DNA from: an uncultured archaeon
GTDB lineage: Archaea > Asgardarchaeota > Lokiarchaeia > Sigyniarchaeales > SOKP01
Direction of reading: 5' to 3'
Length of the DNA: 23,961 nt
Assembly (NCBI GenBank): GCA_964525635.1
Contig: CAZGJX010000068.1
Coordinates: 1-23,961 of the forward strand
Shown here: positions 9,643-17,316 of the stretch, one piece after another
Position numbering within the stretch: the stretch's first letter is position 1
Layout of the letters: every line of letters starts with the position of its first letter
Made by a program: the position numbers and the translations under genes
Notes under the pieces: model-generated
What the model saw: only the letters and a program-made list of their open reading frames with translations
Told to the model about the DNA's origin: nothing
Databases searched by the model: none

Positions 9643-9946
9643 TTAACCCCAACTCTTTAAATACATTTTGTATAATTTTATTTTTATTATTTTTATAATC
9701 TTGAGTCATTTTTTCTAATTTTTTATTTATTTCATTTTCAAAATTTGAAATTTCTATGTTAATTTTTTTTTTTATTTCGTCCGATATTCTATTTAAGAAT
9801 TCTTGTTTTTTATTTAAAATGTGTTTTATACTTGCTTCTTCTTTATTTTTAAGATGAACTAATTCTTCTTCAATTTCTTCATTTGTTTTTTCTATCAATG
9901 ATTCATATGTTTGTTCAATATCTTTTATCCAATCAAATATATCCAT
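9635..9946 (-). CDS. atpH: A/V-type ATPase subunit H/G-like peripheral stalk subunit
   Basis: 103-aa all-helical charged protein (IKDIEQTYESLIEKTNEE...) inside the operon; GGTGAT RBS 5 nt before the ATG; H/G is the only subunit otherwise missing. Confidence 0.7.
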   Translation of the reverse strand: MDIFDWIKDIEQTYESLIEKTNEEIEEELVHLKNKEEASIKHILNKKQEFLNRISDEIKKKINIEISNFENEINKKLEKMTQDYKNNKNKIIQNVFKELGLNF

Positions 9947-9981
9947 TTATTATCACCAATTTTACTGTTCTTTAGATTTAA

Positions 9982-11031
9982 TTATTTAAAAATTTTGTAT
10001 TTTTCATGAAGAATTCTTATTACATTTGGAATTATTGAATATTTTATTTCTCTTTCTTTTTTTATTAATAATTCGAAAATTCGATAAATAGTTGAATAAT
10101 CAATTTTATCAAATTTTAATTTAAATTTCTTAAAAAAGTATTTTTTATATGATTCTTCAATTTCCCACATTGGATGTTCTAAATTTGGTTTTAGGGATGT
10201 AAAGATACTTTTAAATTCCATAGGTTTTTTTAAAAACTGATTTAGTAAATCAAAGAAATTAACGATTTTTTCTTGATGTAATAAAGAATTGGTTTTATCA
10301 TAATCTAAAAAAAGAGAACTCTTTACTAAAAATTGTGATAATAAATATCTGTCAATATCGTTTAAAATTCCTCTATATATTATCTTAATATTATATATTT
10401 CGGTTATGTATTTTGAATATAAAGTAATCATCGAATTCTCTACTTTATTCAGAGTTTTTCTTTCTTTTTTAAAATTTTTATAATATAATTGTTCTAAAAA
10501 TGATTCTAATACAAAAATTTCATTGGTATTTCTAAAATTTGTCAAACCTTCTCGTATAGGTTCATTATATTTAGTATTTTTTAAATAAAGCTGAATTTCT
10601 TCAAGATTATGTATTTTAATTAAGTTTTCTATAAATTCTGTATTATCTAAATATTCTTGGACTAAAAAATTAACATTTCTTCTTTTTTCTTCTATACTCA
10701 TACCTATTATTGTTCCCAATATAATTTGTCTTATATTCATTATTTCATATTTTAATAAATAATCTTTCAAGAAGTATCTCATATTATCAGGTGAAAAAGA
10801 TATTATCCTGCCAATTAGTTTAATATATATGTTTAATAATTCTTTTTCAATTTCCTCAATCAAAAAATTATCAATTTTGAGATCAGGATAATATGGTTTA
10901 ATAAAATTAATAAATTCACTAATATTATTGATGGATTCTAATTTATTTAAGTCTTCAGAGTCCATTATTAATTTTTTTAAAAAACCAGTTTTAATATATG
11001 TGTAAGCATAAGAGGGAACAATTACACTCGT
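9982..11031 (-). CDS. atpC: A/V-type ATPase subunit C (d/AC39 family); N-terminus extends upstream of the ORF-track ATG at 10965
   Basis: YLLKYEIMNIRQII, L.NTKY, LESFLEQLYY, EIYNIKIIYRG and KERE motifs. The upstream in-frame sequence TSVIVPSYAYTYIKTGFLKKLI matches the typical YAY-containing N-terminus. Candidate start ACG at 11031 follows a GGTGA RBS. Confidence 0.88.
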   Translation of the reverse strand, partial: TSVIVPSYAYTYIKTGFLKKLIMDSEDLNKLESINNISEFINFIKPYYPDLKIDNFLIEEIEKELLNIYIKLIGRIISFSPDNMRYFLKDYLLKYEIMNIRQIILGTIIGMSIEEKRRNVNFLVQEYLDNTEFIENLIKIHNLEEIQLYLKNTKYNEPIREGLTNFRNTNEIFVLESFLEQLYYKNFKKERKTLNKVENSMITLYSKYITEIYNIKIIYRGILNDIDRYLLSQFLVKSSLFLDYDKTNSLLHQEKIVNFFDLLNQFLKKPMEFKSIFTSLKPNLEHPMWEIEESYKKYFFKKFKLKFDKIDYSTIYRIFELLIKKEREIKYSIIPNVIRILHEKYKIFK

Positions 11032-11106
11032 TTCTAAGTCACCAAATTTAAAATTAAATTATATTCTTATTCAAGAATTAATTTTATTAAAATATTACAT
11101 TAAAGC

Positions 11107-11475
11107 TCATACTGGCGGAGTTGGTATTTTTGTCCAAAGTAATATAGCAACAATTAATCCCCAAATAGCTAAGGCTTCACATAAAGCAACTATTAAAAAT
11201 GCTTTAGTGAAAGTACCTTCTCTTTCTGATAAAGCAGAAATAGCTGCTGTACCTACTGTTTTAAGAGCTAAACCACTCGCAATAACAGAAAAACCAACGG
11301 CTAATGCTGCACCTATTGCTAATGCTGCGGATGTTGCAGAATTAAAATATTCATAGGAACCTGGTTCTTGTGCTGAAACTAAAGTAATTATTCCTCCAGC
11401 TGAGAAAAATACTGTAAAAGCAAGAATTACTTGAAATAATGCCAATAAGAGGTAAAATTTATGTTTTGCTTTCAT
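11107..11475 (-). CDS. atpK: A/V-type ATPase proteolipid subunit K (c): single hairpin with an N-terminal leader/signal-like segment
   Basis: AIGAALAVG..IASG...GTAAISALSERE..F.KAFLIVALCEALAIWGL, with the ion-binding Glu. ATG at 11475 is preferred over GTG at 11484 because AGTGAT can act as the RBS. Confidence 0.95.
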   Translation of the reverse strand: MKAKHKFYLLLALFQVILAFTVFFSAGGIITLVSAQEPGSYEYFNSATSAALAIGAALAVGFSVIASGLALKTVGTAAISALSEREGTFTKAFLIVALCEALAIWGLIVAILLWTKIPTPPV

Positions 11476-11793
11476 AAAAATCACTTTTTGAAAAATAATA
11501 TTTATATTTTTTATGTTTATAAAAAAGTTTATTCCTATAAAATTTTAGCATTAGGATTAATTTTACTTAAAAATTAAGTATAATTCATAAAATAGATATT
11601 GAGAATTTTAAATTGCATTATATTTAGTGAAATATTATTAATAAAAAATAAAATAATGTTGCTCAGAAGTAAAAAATTTAAATAAGATTAAAAAAAAGAG
11701 TTATAAATAATTTGAAAAATAATTTAATTTGTCCATAATCTTTTTTTAATTATTCTTATATGCAGCTTTAGGATTAACTGGATAGTGATTTGA

Positions 11794-12468
11794 ATGGATA
11801 TTAAGGAATTAATAATAGAGAAAGATCTTATAATAAATGAAAATGATGCTTTACTTATTGTAGATATGCAATATGATTTTATGGCAGGAGGTGCTTTACC
11901 AGTATCAGAAGGAGATCAAATTATTGGAAAGATAAATAGGTTAGGTGGAAAATTTAATAATTTAAATGCGAAAATTATTCTTACTCAGGATTGGCATCCA
12001 ATAGATCATTTATCTTTTGCAAGAAATCATCAGGGTAAGAGTCCTGGTGATGAATACCATTCAGAAGGAATAGGTCCTGTATTATGGCCAGATCATTGTG
12101 TTCAAGGAGCAAAAGGAGCATCATTTCATAAAAAATTGAGAACTGATTATGCTGAGAGGATTTTTAAAAAAGGATTAGATCCTAAAACAGATTCATATTC
12201 TGGTTTTCGTGATCAGCTTAAAGATAAAGAAACGGGATTGAGAGAATATTTAAATGATTTAAATATTAGGAGAATTTTTATTTGTGGATTAGCACTTGAC
12301 TATTGTTGTTATTACACCGCCATGGATGGGATTGAGTTTGGCTTCGATGTCTATTTTATAATAAATTTAACAAGAGGAGTTGATCTACCAAAAGGAAACA
12401 TCTCAAATGCTTTAAAAAATATGAAAAATAATGGAGTTAAATTTGTAAAACATAATAGTTTTCAATAA
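11794..12468 (+). CDS. pncA: Nicotinamidase/pyrazinamidase (isochorismatase family)
   Basis: VDMQYDF..GGAL.V, QDWHP..H.SF, LWPDHCVQG, FKKG...DSYSGF and GLALDYC (Asp-Lys-Cys triad and metal ligands). Confidence 0.95.
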   Translation: MDIKELIIEKDLIINENDALLIVDMQYDFMAGGALPVSEGDQIIGKINRLGGKFNNLNAKIILTQDWHPIDHLSFARNHQGKSPGDEYHSEGIGPVLWPDHCVQGAKGASFHKKLRTDYAERIFKKGLDPKTDSYSGFRDQLKDKETGLREYLNDLNIRRIFICGLALDYCCYYTAMDGIEFGFDVYFIINLTRGVDLPKGNISNALKNMKNNGVKFVKHNSFQ

Positions 12469-12479
12469 TTTAAGATATT

Positions 12480-13310
12480 ATGATTGAATATTTTATAATT
12501 GCAATCTTACAAGGTTTATTTGAATGGCTTCCTATTTCTTCTTCTGGCCAGGTAATGATTGTATCCACTGAATTCTTTGGTATTACTGATGAAGCTCTCA
12601 GTCTTGCTATTTGGTTACATTTAGGAACTGCCTTAGCTGTAATAGCTAGATTTTGGAAAGATTATGTTGGTATTTTTAAATCTTTTATGCCAAATAAATA
12701 TCAAGTTGAAAAATCAGATATTATAAAAAGGAATTGGATAATAATTGCTACGATAGGAACAGCAATTACAGCATTGCCATTATATTTTATTGCTAAAGAA
12801 TTATTTACAGGAACTCAAGGAGATATTTCGACTTTAATCATTTCTGGTTTATTGATTATAACTGGAATAATTTTATTAAAATCTAAAGATTTGTTAGGGA
12901 ATAAAAAAATAGATGATATTTCAGATAATTTATTTCAAACTGACAGCTTTATTGCAGGATTAACTCAAGGAACATCAATTCTACCAGGAATATCACGTTC
13001 TGCCATGAGTGTATCCACAATTCTACTTGAGGGTTATTATCGAGAAGATGCCTTAAAATTAAGTTTTTTAATGTCAGTTCCAGCAGTACTAGGGTCTATT
13101 GGGGCAGACATATTATTTGATAATAGATCGATAATCGGTTCTTTAGATCCTTTTATTATAATAATTTCTACATTAGTCAGTTTTATAGTAGGTTATCTAA
13201 CTATGGAACTAATTTTGAGATTTGCTCGTAAAGTGCAATTTGGATATTTTTGTATTGCTTATGGGATAGTTGCTTTTGCTTTAATTATACCGTTCTTGTT
13301 CATTAAATAG
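12480..13310 (+). CDS. uppP: Undecaprenyl/polyprenyl-diphosphate phosphatase (BacA/UppP family)
   Basis: QGLFEWLPISSSG, LHLGT, QG.SILPGISRS and SFLMSVPA motifs; multi-pass membrane protein. Confidence 0.95.
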   Translation: MIEYFIIAILQGLFEWLPISSSGQVMIVSTEFFGITDEALSLAIWLHLGTALAVIARFWKDYVGIFKSFMPNKYQVEKSDIIKRNWIIIATIGTAITALPLYFIAKELFTGTQGDISTLIISGLLIITGIILLKSKDLLGNKKIDDISDNLFQTDSFIAGLTQGTSILPGISRSAMSVSTILLEGYYREDALKLSFLMSVPAVLGSIGADILFDNRSIIGSLDPFIIIISTLVSFIVGYLTMELILRFARKVQFGYFCIAYGIVAFALIIPFLFIK

Positions 13311-13318
13311 TTTTATAG

Positions 13319-14212
13319 TTAACTTAAGTATTTTAAGATATAATCAACAATAATCTCATCTATATTTTCAATATCCTTAAAACCAGGAAAATCATTTAAA
13401 TCTATTAAATAATAATTATCATTATCTATAGATTTTAATAAATCAAATCCATAAATTTGCAAATTCAATTCTTTTGAAAGTATATTTGCCAAATCTTTAA
13501 TTTGGTTATCTAAATTAATAGATTTTCTCTCTAATTTCTCAACTTCAATATTATCTGGTTGATCTCTTAGATATATATAAATAGGATTTTCCCTCTCTAT
13601 ACCAAATATTTTATCACCCACAACATAAACTTTATAATCTAATCCATCACATTTTATAAATTCTTGAATATAAATATCGTTGAATAAGGATTCTTTAAAT
13701 CTCTTTAGGAAATCATCTATTTCTGGCGGAGATTTAGCAAGAAAATTAAATCTTATTTTTTCATTATGTTGATCATGACTTTTAAGCACTACTGGTAAAT
13801 GGTTTTTTGCCCAATCCTTGAAATTAGTAGTATTTCTTAAAGGAGAAGGATAAGTCCAAGAATTTGGTATAATAAAATTATTCAATTCATTTTTATATTT
13901 TAGAAATATCATCCTAAGATTATAATCAAGAGCAACTTTATTCTTACAAATTAAAACAGCTTCAAAAATATTAATGGTAGGGATATTATTTATTCTTGCC
14001 AAATACAATAAATCAATTGATGAAGCTCCTCCAACTTTAACAATAATTAAATCGAATGTATTGATATCATCAAAAATTTCTTTTAGTTCTATAGAATCTT
14101 TTAGAGGATCATGTATCTTTAGTTCTATATTTCTATAATTATTTAATTTTTTTATTATTCTACTTATTAAAGCTCCTTCGGGAATTGCTGAAATTAATAG
14201 TTTATTTATCAT
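13319..14212 (-). CDS. ATP-grasp enzyme, ITPK1-like (inositol-phosphate kinase-type motifs) rather than a canonical RimK/LysX ligase
   Basis: CKNK, LPVVLK, IQEFI...DYKVYVVGD, IYGFDLL and YYLIDLNDFPGF. It has Lys and D-x-N where RimK-type ligases have D-x-R and E-x-N. Confidence 0.75.
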   Translation of the reverse strand: MINKLLISAIPEGALISRIIKKLNNYRNIELKIHDPLKDSIELKEIFDDINTFDLIIVKVGGASSIDLLYLARINNIPTINIFEAVLICKNKVALDYNLRMIFLKYKNELNNFIIPNSWTYPSPLRNTTNFKDWAKNHLPVVLKSHDQHNEKIRFNFLAKSPPEIDDFLKRFKESLFNDIYIQEFIKCDGLDYKVYVVGDKIFGIERENPIYIYLRDQPDNIEVEKLERKSINLDNQIKDLANILSKELNLQIYGFDLLKSIDNDNYYLIDLNDFPGFKDIENIDEIIVDYILKYLS

Positions 14213-14475
14213 ATTTTAAGATTCCAAATTTTAAATAAATAAATTTATATTTATAAAAACAAGAGATTATAATTTTTAATTTAAATTTACTTTATTAAAT
14301 TTATCAAAGTGTAATAAATAGTGTAATAAAATCATTACAAATATAGAAATTCTTTTTTTTTTCAATCTTTTCTTATTTTTTTGTTACTATAATATAGATA
14401 TTCTTATAATGAGAATATAATGTTTAAAAAATAGAGAAGTATTCATTTATTATTTTATAATTTCTTTTACATTGA

Positions 14476-15612
14476 TTATTCTTTTTCTGTAGAATCTTGG
14501 TCATTTTGTTTTTCATTGAATTCTTCCACTTTTTTCATAACTGAATCTTCAGTTATTTCAGGTGTAGGCATTTTTTCATATATTTCTACATACTTTACAT
14601 CATTGATTTCATCCAACATATGTGATTGAAGATCCATGGCAAGTCCAAATTTTAAGTATGTTAAATTTTGGAAAAGGAACATTTTTGGAATGATTATTTC
14701 TAAACTTTTTACTTTTTTATCATAATTAATTTTAAACTCTGAAACATTATCCTGAGGTATTCCTTTATTTATCATAAAATATTCAATTTTTTTATTAAAA
14801 TCTTCAATCTTATCCAATATTTCAATGTTATAATCAATATTTTGGCCTGCTAAAGGATGATTATAATCAATTATTACTTTTCCTTGTATAATGTTTGTTA
14901 CTGTTCCTCTTTGTACTCCTTGTTTAGTTTGTTTTGTGAATTCTTTTCCGATTTCAGGTAACTTTCCATTATTCATTTTTTTAAACTTAGCAATACCGAT
15001 TCTTTCAATTTTAGAAGGATCTCGTTTTCCAAAAGCTTTAGTAGGAGGGATACGGACAGACTTTTTTTCAAAATATTTCATATTTTCAATCGTTTGTGTT
15101 AATCCTTCATTTAGAAAGCCAGGTTTTCCTACAACTACAAATTCAGGAGTGTAATGACCATGTTTTGCATCATGTTCATCATATATTCCTGCTTTTTTAG
15201 CATCTTCTTCTGATGATACTCTAAAAACTTTTCCTTTCTGTGTTTTTCCTGTAATTTTAAGTAAAATAAAATCTCCTTGTTTTATTTCTTGACCTTCAAA
15301 TGACTTTTTTCTTTCTTCTTTTTCCTTTATTTCTTTATCAATTTTTTCTTGTTCAACTTTGGATAATTTTAGAATTTCTTCTTCATCTTCAATTACAGAT
15401 TCTCTTGTTTCCTCAGTTGGTTTTGAATTTTCTTCTATCATTGTTTTTGCATTATCAATAATCTTTTCAGCAATAGCCTTCCCAATTCCTTTAAGTTCTA
15501 TTAAATCTTCTACTTTACTATCTGCAAGTTTTTCAACAGAATTAATACCAGCTTCCTTAAGTATATCTATTTTTTTACCAAGACCTTTAATATCATCTAA
15601 TTTAAGTGTCAT
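14476..15612 (-). CDS. Long-type archaeal FKBP peptidyl-prolyl isomerase/chaperone with an N-terminal helix-hairpin-helix domain
   Basis: N-terminal IKGLG...LKEAGINSVEKLA...LIELKGIGKAIAEKII (HhH2), then an acidic/charged linker, the FKBP core GDFILL..TG...IPPTKAFGKRD...IDYNHPLAGQ, and an archaeal C-terminal domain ending VKYVEIY. Confidence 0.9.
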   Translation of the reverse strand: MTLKLDDIKGLGKKIDILKEAGINSVEKLADSKVEDLIELKGIGKAIAEKIIDNAKTMIEENSKPTEETRESVIEDEEEILKLSKVEQEKIDKEIKEKEERKKSFEGQEIKQGDFILLKITGKTQKGKVFRVSSEEDAKKAGIYDEHDAKHGHYTPEFVVVGKPGFLNEGLTQTIENMKYFEKKSVRIPPTKAFGKRDPSKIERIGIAKFKKMNNGKLPEIGKEFTKQTKQGVQRGTVTNIIQGKVIIDYNHPLAGQNIDYNIEILDKIEDFNKKIEYFMINKGIPQDNVSEFKINYDKKVKSLEIIIPKMFLFQNLTYLKFGLAMDLQSHMLDEINDVKYVEIYEKMPTPEITEDSVMKKVEEFNEKQNDQDSTEKE

Positions 15613-15671
15613 TAATAATCATCTAAATTAAAATATGCTTTATAATCAATTAAATTAAATATTAGATTACT

Positions 15672-15693
15672 TTTAGATTTTTCTAAATCTAAA
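15672..15693. promoter_or_regulatory. Perfect inverted repeat TTTAGATTT-N4-AAATCTAAA in a divergent intergenic region; possible regulator site
   Basis: 9-bp arms read directly from the sequence, between the divergent starts at 15612 and 15818. Confidence 0.4.
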
Positions 15694-15817
15694 TTTTATT
15701 GGATTAGAGACTCTTAAAAAAGAATTATAAATAATAGTCCTTTATTTCAAAAGATTCTGAAATCCCATAAAAAAAGATTTCATCTCATACAACTATATAA
15801 ATTTTTAAAGGATTAAA

Positions 15818-16273
15818 ATGGAAAATAAAAAATTAATACGATTAATTTTTGTAGGGATTGGATTCATTTTTTTTATACTTTCATTGATCTTTCCAATTTT
15901 AATTGGAACTAGTGGAAGTTTAGGTGATTTTACAATTTATTTATATGGAATGATGGATTCCGAAATAGAGGGTCTTATTGTAATACTCATTGAGAATGCT
16001 GCTATAGGCGCTATCGTTTTATTAATCTTTATTCTAGGAATTATATGTATTATAATATCATTTCTTGGAATCATTGGAAAGAAAAAGTTATTACCTCTCC
16101 TTGGATTTCCTAGTGGAATACTCTTGACCATACTATTTCTTATCGTTATGATTGTAGGTCCAATTGTAATGGAACATAACTTACCACAAATCGAACTAGG
16201 AACATATATGGGACTGATCTCTGGATGTTGCCTGCTTTTAGCAGGATTGGTTCAAATGGTTTTAAAAGAGTAA
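15818..16273 (+). CDS. Hypothetical four-TM membrane protein
   Basis: 151-aa ORF with four hydrophobic segments, followed by a T15 tract. Confidence 0.8.
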   Translation: MENKKLIRLIFVGIGFIFFILSLIFPILIGTSGSLGDFTIYLYGMMDSEIEGLIVILIENAAIGAIVLLIFILGIICIIISFLGIIGKKKLLPLLGFPSGILLTILFLIVMIVGPIVMEHNLPQIELGTYMGLISGCCLLLAGLVQMVLKE

Positions 16274-16277
16274 TCAA

Positions 16278-16292
16278 TTTTTTTTTTTTTTT
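16278..16292 (+). terminator. Oligo-T archaeal terminator candidate
   Basis: Run of 15 T starting 5 nt after the stop at 16273. Confidence 0.55.
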
Positions 16293-16350
16293 AATCTAAA
16301 TTATATAAAATCAAGTAGCTTTTTATTTCATTTTCTTAAATTTGGTATTT

Positions 16351-17217
16351 CTAAAGTTGAATTGAGGATTTTAAAATTTCTGTTATACCTTTTGAATGAA
16401 ATTCTATTAAATCAGGTAAATTGCTCATAATAGCCATAGGAATCTTTATTGGAATAGGAATGATAAAAATGCTCTTTTTTTGATCTGATAATGCTACACC
16501 GAAATTCCTATCTAAGTTTTCTATTATAAGAGAAATTAAATTTAACGCATATGTATTATTAGACTCAATGAAAGAACTCGAAATTTTTTCGAAAAAATTG
16601 TTAATTAGGTCAAATATTGGAACTTTGAGATAATATAATTTTGTTTTAGTGATCTTTGATTGTATTTTTTTTGATGTTTCATAATCTTTAAAGATGATTT
16701 TTATCTTAACTTTATCGGACGTAGTATTTATTACATTGATTAGGGAATCTGAGAAATAATGATATGGCATGAAACAGGTAATATGTTTTTGAGTTTGTTC
16801 AAATAATTCCATTAAATGTTCTTCTATATTATCTTGTCCAGAAATGCCAATAAAAGGAATTTCAGATATTTTCTCAGTAGAATAAATATCATCGATTTCA
16901 TTTTTAATATCATTATATCTTCTCTTATATTCTTTCAAATATTGATTTAATTTTTGTATAATGACTTGTTTAGGACGAATTCTATAATACTTTTTTTTTT
17001 CTTTAGAAGTTTCAATAGTAAATCCCCTAAAGTGTAATTTTTCCATTGTTTCATAAATTTTGGATTGTGGTACCTTTGAATATTTAGCTAGATCACTCGC
17101 ATCTAAATTGTTATAGCGGATCATAGCAATTAATGCTTTGGCTTCATATTGAGTAAAATTAATCTGTTTAAGATTTTCCTCTAATTTATCCATAGATGAT
17201 TTATTAATAGACCCCAT
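16351..17217 (-). CDS. TrmB-family transcriptional regulator
   Basis: N-terminal wHTH FTQYEAKALIAM...ASDLAKYSKVPQSKIYETMEKL..RGF, a coiled coil, and a TrmB-type effector domain (ISGQDNI...F....KHI, ALSDQKK). Confidence 0.92.
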   Translation of the reverse strand: MGSINKSSMDKLEENLKQINFTQYEAKALIAMIRYNNLDASDLAKYSKVPQSKIYETMEKLHFRGFTIETSKEKKKYYRIRPKQVIIQKLNQYLKEYKRRYNDIKNEIDDIYSTEKISEIPFIGISGQDNIEEHLMELFEQTQKHITCFMPYHYFSDSLINVINTTSDKVKIKIIFKDYETSKKIQSKITKTKLYYLKVPIFDLINNFFEKISSSFIESNNTYALNLISLIIENLDRNFGVALSDQKKSIFIIPIPIKIPMAIMSNLPDLIEFHSKGITEILKSSIQL

Positions 17218-17251
17218 CTTAACAAAATATAATCAATAAAATTTAAATATT

Positions 17252-17294
17252 TTACTACTAGAGTAGTAACTAATAATTACTACTTTAGTAGTAA
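17252..17294. promoter_or_regulatory. Two tandem perfect palindromes TTACTACT-NN-AGTAGTAA (17252-17269 and 17277-17294); probable TrmB operators
   Basis: Both 18-bp palindromes are read directly, 25 bp apart, in the 99-bp divergent spacer and just downstream of a TTTAAATA TATA-like box (17242-17249). Confidence 0.8.
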
Positions 17295-17316
17295 ATTTTC
17301 AAAAATTAAAAAAAAA

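Noticed and set aside
11794-12468. pncA as part of a TIR NADase defence/NAD-recycling system
   Set aside because: It is about 10 kb from the TIR gene, separated by the ATPase operon and paired with uppP; ordinary NAD salvage explains it.
13319-14212. Call as rimK/lysX
   Set aside because: Lacks the DxR and E-x-N ligase motifs; has DYK and D-x-N-x-FPG instead.
14891-15631. Plus-strand ORFs 14891..15154 and 15359..15631
   Set aside because: Antisense shadows of the HhH-FKBP gene.
15937-16131. 64-aa minus-strand ORF
   Set aside because: Antisense to the 4-TM gene, with no recognisable features.
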